Shown piece after piece: positions 1 through 10,722 of a stretch of 64,000 nucleotides of DNA. Origin of the DNA: Lama glama (Eukaryota); assembly GCA_028534125.1 (NCBI GenBank), contig CM052832.1, forward strand, positions 9,364,001 through 9,428,000, in the 5' to 3' direction. Position 1 is the first letter of the stretch. Each line of letters starts with the position of its first letter. The position numbers and the translations under genes were made by a program. Under the pieces are notes generated by a model that saw only the letters and a list, made by a program, of their open reading frames with translations, searched no databases and was not told where the DNA came from.

Positions 1-309
1 GACATGCTAGGTCCAGAGAGGGTACGATTTTTTTAACCTGAGACTCCTGAAAGGAGAGGGCATCAGTGCCCCAGCAGGATTGCCTTCTCTGGGCATCCAG
101 GCTCTCAGCACAGTGGGAAGACGACACTGGGACCCTCTGCCTGAGTCTCCAGCACCCTCATTTCCCAAGCTGGCCCAAAGGTTCAGAAGAACGGGCAGAA
201 ATACCCTTGGATTTCCACCCCCTCCCCCTTTTTTTCCCCAGAGAGGGAGGTGGCTGAGAGTGCAGGGTGAGGACCCGGACTGCCCAGTTGAAATCTTTAT
301 TCTGCACCT

Positions 310-415
310 GTGCCTAAATTTGGGGCCACAGTAAAAGGGGAGTGGTATTAGCATTGTTATAAAGATTCACTGAGTTAGTGTATAGAAAGTACTTAGCACA
401 GTGCCTCTAAGCTCG
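310..415 (+). mobile_element. MIR SINE 3' fragment
   Basis: 'ttgttataaagattcactgagttagtgtatagaaagtacttagcacagtgcct' resembles the MIR 3' end. Confidence 0.6.
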
Positions 416-1629
416 CCTCACTCTCCTGATTTCAATTCGATGAGACTGCTTTTGAAGAGCCCAAGTTGGAGACTGAGAGGACGGTCCTACCTGGGCCGTG
501 GGCCACCTTCTCATGGGGGATTCAGCTTTGGTCGGGCCCGGGCTGGCGGGGTCCCTGCCCTCCGTCCTCAAGGTGCATTTCCGCTTGGCCTCCACCACTG
601 TCACCAGAGTTATTTATAAAATGGGGACAGCCTTTGGCCAGAACCTACAAACAGCCTGCCCAAAAGCTGTTGGTGAAGTCTACCTTTAATTTTGTTTCCT
701 TTCACTCAGCTTGGAGGTTTGTATTTTGATAGTTTCCATGGATCCATTTAATGGCTGGGGGTCACAAGGGTCTCATGCCTGTGTGGGTGGTTTAACCTGA
801 ATGCTTCAATCAGCACCTTTTGTGAAGACGTCACTAAATATACAGAAGCTTTGCAGGGTGCGGTGAGGGAAAGGAGCAGATAAACCTTGTCCCCAGGGAG
901 CTTCCGTCCAGTGGGGGTGGCATAGCCCCTGACATCAGGTGCTCCCAGTCTGTCAGGCGAGATGGAGCCCCAGCCCTCATGGAACCCCCAGTCTGACAGA
1001 GGAGGCATCGGGTGAGTTCACAGTCTCATGAGTGAGATTGTTCATATTCTCGGGGAACTTCCAGTCTAATGGGGAGAGGCAGACCCTGCTTATCCGGCCT
1101 GATGGAGGAGATCTGAGTCTTGCTTTCTGACCCAGTTTGATGATGTGAAACACAGACAAAACCCTGAAGGAAATGGTCAGGATGGAGCAGCTCTTAGCCC
1201 TATAATTTTCTTTCTCCCCCCATGAAAGAAGTGAGGGAGATGGAGGGTCCATGGCAGCCCAGGGAAGAAGCAGATTCAGCATTGCTCTTTGAATTGGGTT
1301 GCAGCAGCCACTGTCACTGGCCTCTGCTGGCCGAGCCCCACCCTGAAATGTTGTGTAGGGGCTGTGCTATCTTTAGTGGTCACCCTTTGTAATCTTTAGA
1401 GGACGTTGCTGACGTGGCTGCTTCCTGGGCTGGACCTTTCTCCCTAGAGAGCTGTGCCTTTTGCAGGGTGAGAAGATGGCTTGGGGCAGGGGAGGCAGTG
1501 GGGAAGAGCTGGGGATTCCTACATCTTGGCTGCTGTTTGCCTTCTCCCGAGACAGAGGGTGAGATTTTTAGACCCTTTGGCCAGTCTATCTTAGGGTCAG
1601 AAAATAAGACCATCATAGAAAGAAATATC

Positions 1630-1765
1630 ATTAGACATCATCTAGTCTTTTCTTCCCATTTCACAGAGGAGAATGGGGGTGCCCAGAGAAGGGAAGTGTT
1701 TTTCTCAGTGCTACTTAGTAGCTATGCTGGGCACATGGCCTAGCTCCTGAATCTGATCCCCAGCA
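1630..1765 (-). mobile_element. MIR SINE fragment
   Basis: 'cccatttcacagaggagaatgggggtgcccagagaagggaagtg' is the reverse complement of the MIR core. Confidence 0.65.
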
Positions 1766-1839
1766 CAGGCCTGGTAACAAACAGTGGTCAGGGAGGTCCT
1801 GGTAAATCCTGCATCAGGGTTAGTGATTCCCCTGCTCAG

Positions 1840-2310
1840 AGGCCTGTGTGCTCCCATTCCACTTGGAGGAAAACCAGAGGCCTTAGGTGGCTTCAGAGCT
1901 GGCCTGATCTGGCTCCCACCCCCTCCCTCTCTAACCTGCTACGCTAGACTTCTGGTTGTTCCTTAAATGCCCTGGAACAGTCCCACCTCAGGGCCTTTGC
2001 ACTTGCTGATCCTCCTATTGCTTGGAACATCTTACCCTAAATATCTGTGTGGCTCACTCCTTCACCTCTTTCAGAGAGTCCTTACGTGGCCCTCTTAGAT
2101 AAAATGCTCTCCTTCTCTGCCTGCTTTATTTTTTTCTCCAGAGCTTTTGTTACCATCTTACATGGTATATATTCATATATTTATAAATGCTTCCTTGTTT
2201 CCTCCCTTTAGCCCGTAAACGCCAAAACACGGTCTGTTCTGTTTGCTGCTGTATCCTCAGCAACCAGCGTGTGCCTGGCACGTAGTAAGTGCTCAGTATC
2301 TATCTGTTCA
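1840..2310 (+). mobile_element. L2 LINE 3' end (L2a-like)
   Basis: 'cctcagggcctttgcacttgctg' and terminal 'gtgcctggcacgtagtaagtgctcagta'. Confidence 0.85.
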
Positions 2311-2837
2311 AGGAGAGAAAAGAAGAATAAAGGAGCAAGGGAGGGAGGATAAAACACAAATTGAAGTCAAAGGAATCTAGGCACTTGGTGTTAAGGATGG
2401 TTAGATTGGGTTAATCTGCCATTTAGAAGAAGGACCAAAAAAGAAAACGTGATGGGGTGGCAGAGATCCATCACTTTCCAGTGGCTGTCTGGACCTTTCT
2501 CTTTGGTGTGGTGGGCTGGCCGCATTCCCCGTCTGCCCCTCAAGTTCCATCCACACCGTCTGATCCTTGTACCTGTAGCTGGAAAAAACTAGGTTAAATT
2601 TCACTCTTCCCAGTGTTTTATAAATGCCCTGGCTGTGGAAAGGCTCTGAGTCCTGCATTGGAGCTCTCTGGCCCTTTGCCAGTTGATGGACTAGAGATTG
2701 CACTGGTGGAAGGAAGCTCCCTCGTCTTCCTTAAGGTGTATAAATCTTAAGTTTATCTGCATGACCAGACTCCCTCTTCCGAGGGACAAAGACAAGTACT
2801 AAAAGATCTGAGTTGAGGATCCAGGAGAAAATTGCGC

Positions 2838-2840
<3 letters not shown>

Positions 2841-2893
<53 letters not shown>

Positions 2894-2895
2894 GT
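2841..2895. repeat. (TG)n microsatellite, about 27 units, one interruption
   Basis: direct reading. Confidence 0.98.
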
Positions 2896-2974
2896 CGAGG
2901 GGGTGCATAACCCAACATATGAATTTGGGTTGGACTCATGAAATTGGGAGGTTGGAAGGGGAAGCTGCAAGCTC

Positions 2975-3075
2975 CTGGGTTCTGGTCTGGCCCCTTTTTG
3001 TGGGTGGCCTTGGCGGGTTACTTCCCCTCTCCCAGCCCGGCTTCCTCATCTATAAAGTGAGAATTGAACTAACCC
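2975..3075 (+). mobile_element. MIR SINE core
   Basis: 'ccttggcgggttacttcccctctcccagcccggcttcctcatctataaagtg'. Confidence 0.7.
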
Positions 3076-3694
3076 TGGGCAGGGGGCTGGGGTTCAGGCT
3101 CCCGGGGATCTATGTGGATGTAGTCCCTGAGGTTCCTTCCAGTCCTCACATCAGTATAGACGGCTGCATTCACATTCATGGCTCTTTTTGGACCGAATAC
3201 CAGATTTTTGGTGAAACCATGATCCTTGATATACTGGAAGTAAAGATGACAGTTAAAAAAAAAAAGTAAATGTTTATAAAGTTTTCTCGGTGCCAGTTAC
3301 TTTACTAAGTGTGGGGGTTTTTTTTTCCTTCTTCTTTCTTCTTCTTGGTTTTAACCTGTAAGCGATGACAAGATCAAACAAGTTTCAGTTTGAATCCCCC
3401 AGCTTTACAGTCTGAGCCTGTATCACGGTGACTTTATCACGTTTACTTTCAACTAGTCGGGCTGTTCCGGGGAGGCCTTATCAGCCAACTGTTCAGGCCT
3501 CGGGGTAGGAAGACGTGGTTTAGGGCAGTTTGGAAGCTAGGTTTTCAACATCACTGTAGACCTGGCACCTCACTCCGACTTCTCTGCAGACTCCACGCCC
3601 AGCCCCGCAAACTGGCTCAGTGGGCTGTTTGCTGGGCAGCAGTCTGCTCGGCAAGATTGTCTAAGTTCCAGCCCCTTCCCAAACTCTTGCCTCT

Positions 3695-3842
3695 CAGGAC
3701 TAGCTACATAACTTGCTGGGCCTAGTGCAAAATGAAGATGGAAGGGGAGGCCCTTGTTTAAAAATCCTTAAGAATTTCAAGACAGGGACAACAGAGCATT
3801 AACCGACGTGCGGGGCCCTGGGAGCCTGTGAAGCTGGCTCCG
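3695..3842. mobile_element. hAT-Tip100 MITE (MER45A-like)
   Basis: 'ctacataacttgctgggcctagtgcaaaatgaagatg...aagaatttcaagacagggacaacagagcattaa' matches recalled MER45A. Confidence 0.75.
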
Positions 3843-4140
3843 CTCTTCCACCTTCCATTACCAGGACCAGGAGATTTCTCCAGCATAGCTTAACAGTCAT
3901 TATAAATTCCCTCAGAAGGAATTTGAGTTGTTTCTCTCATGGCCTGTGTGATTCAGGGCTGCTGTCTTGAGTCATGGTGTGTTTGGAAAAATCATGCCAG
4001 CCCAGTGGACTTGGATGGTGTCCATGGGTGCTGATGGGAGGCACAGAGAAGGATGGTTTATCAATGCCCAAGCAGCCCTGAGGACACTGAGGACTCCTTT
4101 CTGCAGGAACATCATTTATTTTGCTTTTTAAGAAGTCTTT

Positions 4141-4535
4141 TGACAGATAAACAAAATGTGGTTTATCTATACAATGGAGTATTATTCAGCCATAATAAGG
4201 AATGAAGTGCTGACATACTACAACGTGGAAAACTTTGAAAACGTTATGTTAAGTTAAAGAAGCCAGCACAACAGGCTGTATGGTTCCATTTATGTGAAAT
4301 GTCCAGAAGGGGCAAGTCCATAAGACAGAAAGTGGTTACCAGGGGGAGGGGGAGAGGCCGAGTGACCGCTGATGGGCGTGTTTTTTGGAGGGAGGAGTTG
4401 ATGAAAATTTCCTGCAATGAGGTGGTTGTAATGTTTATACAACCTTGTGAATATGCTAAAAACCACTGAATTGGACAGTTTACAGGGTAAAATTTATGGT
4501 TTGTGAACTATATCTCAATGTCAGTTCAAAAAAAA
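4141..4535 (+). mobile_element. Old L1 3' end (L1MB-like)
   Basis: 'ataaacaaaatgtggtttatctatacaatggagtattattcagcc...tgtgaactatatctcaat' followed by an A-tail. Confidence 0.9.
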
Positions 4536-6510
4536 CTAGTGGGGGAGAAAAGGTCTTTTGAGGGCTCAGCATTTAACCCTCTACCCCTCTGCCCTTGGTG
4601 GATGTAGCTGGTTCAGGGCAGGAGCTGTGTTTTCCCCTTCCACAAACACCATCCCTCTTCTTCTTGCTACCCCCTCGGGCACAGATCATCTCTTGAGCAT
4701 CCCTCCCTCAAAGCCTGTTTTCCAGGAAAGATCTTTTGGAAGTATTCACACTAAGCAGATATGTGATTGCTAAAACTCAGCCTCTCCCGAGGCATTTGCA
4801 TATTAGCTTATAAAGGGAGAAAGCTTTTAGGTGAAAGGAACGAATGTTTAATTTTAGAATTCCAAGTAAGAGCAGGCATGTGTGGAAGGTTCTTATTTTT
4901 CATGGGGTGGAGTGCTCTCGGTGGCTCTGAAGCTTGGGGGTGGCTAAGTCTCCCTTCCACCCACTGATTCTGCCTGACCTCAAGGCAGGTCCAGGTTGGT
5001 GGTGAGTGGCAGGCTGAAAAGCGTCCCTTCAGGACAAGCATCTTTGCCCCAAACCCACCCAGGCTTCATTTAACATTTTCCAAAAGTTGGGGGGCATTTT
5101 GACTTTGGAGGGCTGCCTTCTGGTCAGGTTTCATTTCTGCTCAGTGGATATGCTTGGTTCTTGAATCAGGTGGGCCCAAACAAGACAAACCCCTTGCCTG
5201 GCTCCTTTCTGCTATTGTCTGTATCAGTTCAGCACTACTTGTCCTTGTATGGTGCTCCCCCATCCTACTTCCCTCTTCACATCTCCTGCTGCTTACCCCT
5301 CCTTCCCCACTGACACAGCCCCATCCTTCAAGACTCAACCAATGTCGTGCAGGCTTTGAGAATCCCTTTTAGTCAGTACTAAGCCCTCTTCCTTCCATTT
5401 TCTGTGTCTCTTGGATTCCAAGACCTTTATCTCAATCATCTTTGGTTCTTCAATGCCTGACCTGGTACTTGTACACAGTAAGCACTTGATAAATGCTTTT
5501 GGATTATACTGAACCTAGGCTGTGCTTGGCCCTATGAGGACATGGGGAACAAAATCAGCAAGGGAGGTGCTGAGGAAGTGATCAGCCTCAGGAATGACTT
5601 GATAAGAGACAAGAAAAGAGCATTTGTTATAGAGGGGCTGAAGTCCAAAAGCCTTCTGGCTGTAGGTGAGGGCACCTTACAGCTGCACGTCACGTGGGAG
5701 GATGAGCAGGGCATCTCAGGAGCCACCCCATGAGTCTTTGCTTCCATGGAGTATCCTTTCCTGAAAGATCTCTTGGATTTCAGACTTGCATCCTTTGCCA
5801 GAGGACCTGCATGAACAAATATTTATTGTGTCTACTGTGTGCTGTGCGCTGATCTAGGCATTGTCACTTGGTTGGAGCCCCGTTGTGTGGTGGGTTTGGA
5901 GGAGCACAAAGCTTTTGAATATGCCCTGCCTGGGCTGGAAGCGTTGTTTTTCTCTGAGCCCCTTGGGTTTTCTCCAGATTCCTAGGAGTGTTAAATTCCC
6001 AAATGACTGTTCATGGGTCAGACATATTGGTGCTTATGTGTTAAACACTGCCATTCACATCCTGCCTCTGAGGGGGGTAAGGGAGTGACAGTACGACAGG
6101 GCTGCCCTTTCCACCCCAGGCATCTGGTGGATGGATGTGGACCGTGGCTTTGTTTATCAGGATCCCGGCATGAGATGGCTGGCTGTGCAAAGGGTTTAGA
6201 GGAGAGACTTTAGTGAAGGGGAGTATTTAGAGGTGCGTGGTCAGGGTTAGGGAAACCAAAGGATATGAGGCACTCCCAGGCCTGGCAACAGTGGGGAGCT
6301 GTTACCTCCTCTAGGCCAGGAGGTCGGAGCTCCAGAGTTGGGGAGATGGAGCCCCCAACAATAGCTGTGAGGCTATAAGGGACATGACCGCTGCCAAACT
6401 GCAATGCAGCAGGAGGAGGAGGGAAAGAAATGCTTTACCTGTGGCCCGATCCAACTGGAAGTGGAGGGAGTCCAGTTGATGCAGTAGGTGGTCCAGTAAG
6501 GACGGAGAAC

Positions 6511-6539
6511 TGTGTGTGAGTGTGTGTGTGTGTGTGTGT
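6511..6539. repeat. (TG)n microsatellite
   Basis: direct reading. Confidence 0.95.
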
Positions 6540-6751
6540 CGGGGGCGGGTGGGGTGGGGTTGAGAGTACCCACCACCTGCTGGCTGCCTGGCCATTCCAA
6601 TGCTCACCTGGCTCTTACATAGCTTAGGTTATTCAGGATGTGACCAGTCAGCTAGTGTTTCCTTCCTCCCAGCATCACGACTTATAAAGAAGAAAGTACC
6701 CTGTCTGAATCAGCAGGATGGGCGCTGAGCAGTTTTGACTGTATCAAGAAC

Positions 6752-6930
6752 AGATAACATTCATTAACGGCAGGCACTGAGCATCCTAAGCATTTTCCGT
6801 GCATCCTCTTTAAATCTTTACAATAACCCCAGCAGGTAGGTATGGTTTTTATCCTCATCTTAATTCAGTAAGTTGCCCCCTCGCACAGCTAACAAGCAGA
6901 GTTGGGCTCAGAGCAGAGTCCTGACTCCTG
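6752..6930 (-). mobile_element. MIR SINE
   Basis: 'tttaaatctttacaataaccccagcaggtaggta...aagttgccccctcgcacagcta'. Confidence 0.7.
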
Positions 6931-7308
6931 ACCGCACATGCGTACCTCCTGCCGCCTTGCAGTCTTGTTCCTCCGCGGTGGGGCCCGGCCCACCCTGTGG
7001 TCAGTGCCGCATGTGCTGGTCCCACAGCTTGGGATGGTCTTCCCACTTCCTCTCCACTTGACCCAATTGAACCCATTTTTGAGACCCAGCTCAGATCTCA
7101 CTTCCTCCGTGAGCCCTTCTCCCGCCATTCCAGCCCCCTCACCTCTCCCTCGAGGTCAGTGGCAGGGAACTGTCCACCGTCCCCTCAGGGTGTGTGATGG
7201 GCCATTTTGAGGGCGTACGTATCTCCTCAGTCTCCAAGACTCCAACCTTTCGGTGCAGAACTGAGGTCCTGAGTTTTCTTGGAACTCTTCACTTGCTCAG
7301 AAGGTGGG

Positions 7309-7426
7309 TTTTTTTTTAATTAATTTATCTATTTAAATTTGGGGGTAGAGGTAATTAAGTTTCTTTCTTTTTAATGGAGGGTCTGGGGATTGAACCCAGA
7401 CCTCGCGCATGCGCTATACCCTCCCC
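7309..7426 (-). mobile_element. Camelid tRNA-derived SINE (vic-1 type), internally deleted
   Basis: reverse complement reads ggggagggtatagc//gcatgcgcgaggtctgggttcaatcccc plus an A-rich tail; flanking tcagaaggt at 7297-7305 and 7430-7438. Confidence 0.9.
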
Positions 7427-7494
7427 TCTTCAGAAGGTTTCACTGAAGAGACTGAAGTAATTATGGATGGAGCCCTAGGGTTGAGGGAACAGCA

Positions 7495-7870
7495 GCGGAC
7501 GTCTGGCGTCCGCAGGCCCACGATACGCGGCAGACGCGGTTGCCGCTCCGAAGTCCGAGCGAGCTTCTTCGCGGGGAGGAGCCGTGGAGCGTGGGGGTGG
7601 GGGGTGCTGCAGCCCCGGGAGAGGCGAGGCGAGGCGCCGCGTGACAGGAGCTGAGGGATTTGAGGACTGGTTTCCTGCTTGGTTAGTGAATGCCGGCTGA
7701 GAGCCGACAGGGGGGTCACAGGAGCCTCTAGTCTCGCGGAGCGTCTGCAGAGGGGACAACGGCCCTGTCTGGAAAGACGCAGAGCTCCGTCTCCGCCCGG
7801 GCCAGGAAAACGTAGTGTTGCGCCGGGAGGGCCCCGGCCTGCCTCAGTGTGGTCGTGTTGCTTAATCTCG
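7495..7870 (+). promoter_or_regulatory. CpG island, probable promoter and non-coding first exon of an unidentified + strand gene
   Basis: about 35-40 CpG in about 370 bp by hand count, against a CpG-depleted background; G-skewed + strand; candidate donor TTG|GTTAGT at 7681/7682. Confidence 0.75.
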
Positions 7871-9009
7871 TTTCTTTTTTCTCTATTCCTATTTTTCCAC
7901 CCACTCCTGTTGGCCTAGACCCAGCTAGACACTGTAAGGGCAGAGTGAATTGTGGGGAAGCAGCTGGAAGGTTGAGAACTAACCCTTCGCCTGGGCCTCT
8001 CATTGCTGGCCCTTGTAAATTTTGCTAAGCGTCTCTGGAATTTTCTTTCCATTGAGCCTTGGATGTGCTAGGAGATACTCTGAACAACCCACATGCCTTT
8101 TCCTCCCCTGAACACATCACACACCCTCTGAACTCCAGGCCTTTGAGCTTGTGGTTCTTGCTGCCTGGAAAATGCTCTCACCCACCCCTCTGCATTGCCT
8201 TGTTAGGGAGCAGTGGGGACTGTGGAGAATTCCAGAGTTTATGCTCTGCCTCAGAGAGTTTCTGGTCTCCTGATCTTCCCAGTGTTGGGTTTGAAGGTTA
8301 CTTGGAGTAGGTGTGGCCGCTTGCCTTGGCGGAGACGCAGGAAGGAAACAAGTAGGGGTGGGTGGCACAGCCTGGGTATAAGCTTGGAGTCAGGGACGGG
8401 GGAGACACCCAGGAGAGGACAACTGATCCATGTGATTGAAACTCAGGGAGCAGGGGCAGGTGGAGGTGAGGAGGCCAGAGAGGTCCCAGAAAGGACTTGA
8501 CTGCCGTGTTAGATCAAGATCTTTTCTACATCTGTTCTTGGGAATGTCCAGGGCCTGGGTGTGGCTCTGGGTCAGTCATAATGGTAGACTTGGCCTAAGC
8601 AGGGTGCAGAAGCCAGGGCCTGACTGGGGAGAAATCTTTCATTTTACAAAAAAGGAGGTGTTTCTACACACCAGACTGGGTCCTGCTCCGGCGCCTTGGC
8701 TTCTTGATACTGTGTAGGTTTCAGAGATCAGATAATGCTTTGATTCAGGTTTTAAACTTTCATTATTCCTTTTACATAAATAAAACATAATAAAGATAAG
8801 CGAAGAGGAAAGGGAAGTGAAATTAACGTCACCCATAATCCTGCCGCCTTGATATCATTTACATTGAAAGCTTGGGTCTGGAGACTTCCCCAACCATTTT
8901 ATGTATTTACAAAGTGGAAGCAAACTGTAGGTATATTTTGTAACCTGCTTCGTTTTATATGTGTGTGTGCGTATGTGTGATTTTTGTCCCATTTAAGAAA
9001 AATGTGCTT

Positions 9010-9375
9010 TAAAAAAGAACAAAATGTAACCGTTTACAGCAATGTGGATGGACTTGGAGGGCATTATGCTAAGTAAAAAGTCAGACAGAGAAAGACAAAT
9101 GCTATGTGATACCGCTTATATGTGGAATCTTAAACAGCAAACTAGTGAATAGAACTTAAATGAAGCAGACTGACAGGTTCAGAGAACAAACTAGTGGTTC
9201 CCAGTGGGGAGGGAAGGAAGGGCAATATAGGGGTGGGGAGTGGGAGGTACAAACTGTTGGGTGTAAGACAGGCTCCAGGATGGACTATGCAACACGAGGA
9301 ATAGAGCCAGTGTTTTGTAAAAACTGTAAGTGAAAAGTAAACTATAAAATTGTATAAAAAATTAAAATAAAAAAA
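9010..9375 (+). mobile_element. L1 3' end, cetartiodactyl-type, 5'-truncated
   Basis: 'atggacttggagggcattatgctaag...tgtggaatct...gagaacaaactagtggtt' plus A-tail; TSD-like aaaaat(g/a)tgctt. Confidence 0.9.
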
Positions 9376-9496
9376 TATGCTTGCCTAGAACTCAAACTGA
9401 AGGGTATAAAGAGAACCCCCTTCCTGCGTCCCCATCCCTACCCCCTAATTCTACTCCTCAGAGGTAGCCCTCTTTAAAAGTTTTACGTATCTATTC

Positions 9497-9899
9497 TGCT
9501 AAGTGAAATAAGTCAGGCAGAGAAAGACAGACACTATGATATCACTTATATATGGAATCTAAAAAATAAAAAAATAATAAAAATAAAAATACAAAATAAA
9601 AAATAAAACAAACTAGTGACTATAACAAAAAATAAAGAGACTCACAGATATAGAGAACAAACTAGTGTTTAACACTGGGGACAGGGCAGGGAGGAGGGGC
9701 AATATAAGGGGAGGAGAATGAGAGATACAAACTTAGGTACAAAATAAGCTACAAGGATAAATTGTATAACACGGGGAATATACCCAATATTTTATAGTAA
9801 TTATAAATGGAGTATAACCTTGAAAAATTATGAATCACTGTATCAAACAGCTGTAACTTACATAATATTGTACAACAACTATACTTCAATTAAAAAAAA
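9497..9899 (+). mobile_element. L1 3' end, cetartiodactyl-type, 5'-truncated
   Basis: 'tgctaagtgaaataagtcag...aactatacttcaattaaaaaaaa'. Confidence 0.9.
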
Positions 9900-10558
9900 G
9901 TTTCCAGTACATCCTTGATTAGGGAGAAATTTGGAAGAGATGATGTATGTGGAAGAACAAATTGAAAAAATTGGATGCTGTGACTTGTAGAAATATTAGC
10001 TGTCACACATGGGTCAGGAGGAAGGCCAAGGGTGGGTTTGAAGGGACTGGGAGGTAGTTTGTGATCAGAAAAGGGACTTTCAGAAAGAGGTATGGTGGAG
10101 TTCAGGAGACGGAGGGGCGAAGGGACAGAAAATTTTTGAGGCCTGGGTTTTGTTTGCATTTATCACGTAGATGTTGGTGAGGGGCGGGGTGAGAAGAGGT
10201 GAGTGAGATGGTGGGCAGGGGCCAGATATGATCCAGTCTTAACTTTCTGGGCAGGGATTGGGGTCCAGAGGGTGGCAGGTATGCAGATGAGCTTGAGACT
10301 TAACAGGAAGTGGTGACAGTAATTGGTAGATATTTATAAAAATGCCTTTGCTTAACAAAACAAAAAGTTGGCAATTTTGTGTTAGTCCCCCAAATTTAAA
10401 AGAAAAAGGTTTTAACAATTCTGTGACTACTAAAAATCTGAACAACACTGCAGAACTGGTTCTGGACAGGGCATTGTGAATTTGGTTCTAGTTTTGTGTC
10501 TGGCTGTGTGTCTTGCACTTAATTTCTTTAGATCTCTGTTTTCTTACCTGCAGTACAT

Positions 10559-10722
10559 CAGTGATTCTCAGCCCTGGATGCACATTAAAATCACCAGAAA
10601 AGTTAAAAAAAAAAAAAGAATCAAAAGCCAATGCCAGAGCCCCACTACAGTCCAGATGTATCCAGACCTCTCGGGGTGGGACCTGGGAATTTTTTTAATA
10701 CAGTCAGCATTGAGAATCCCTG
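10559..10722. mobile_element. hAT-Charlie MITE (MER5A-like), within a MIR remnant
   Basis: termini cagtgattctca...tgagaatccctg. Confidence 0.75.

Noticed and set aside
2832..3269. Cys/Val- and His/Thr-rich ORFs (also 6311-6607, 41216-41516, 52177-52428)
   Set aside because: Translations of microsatellites
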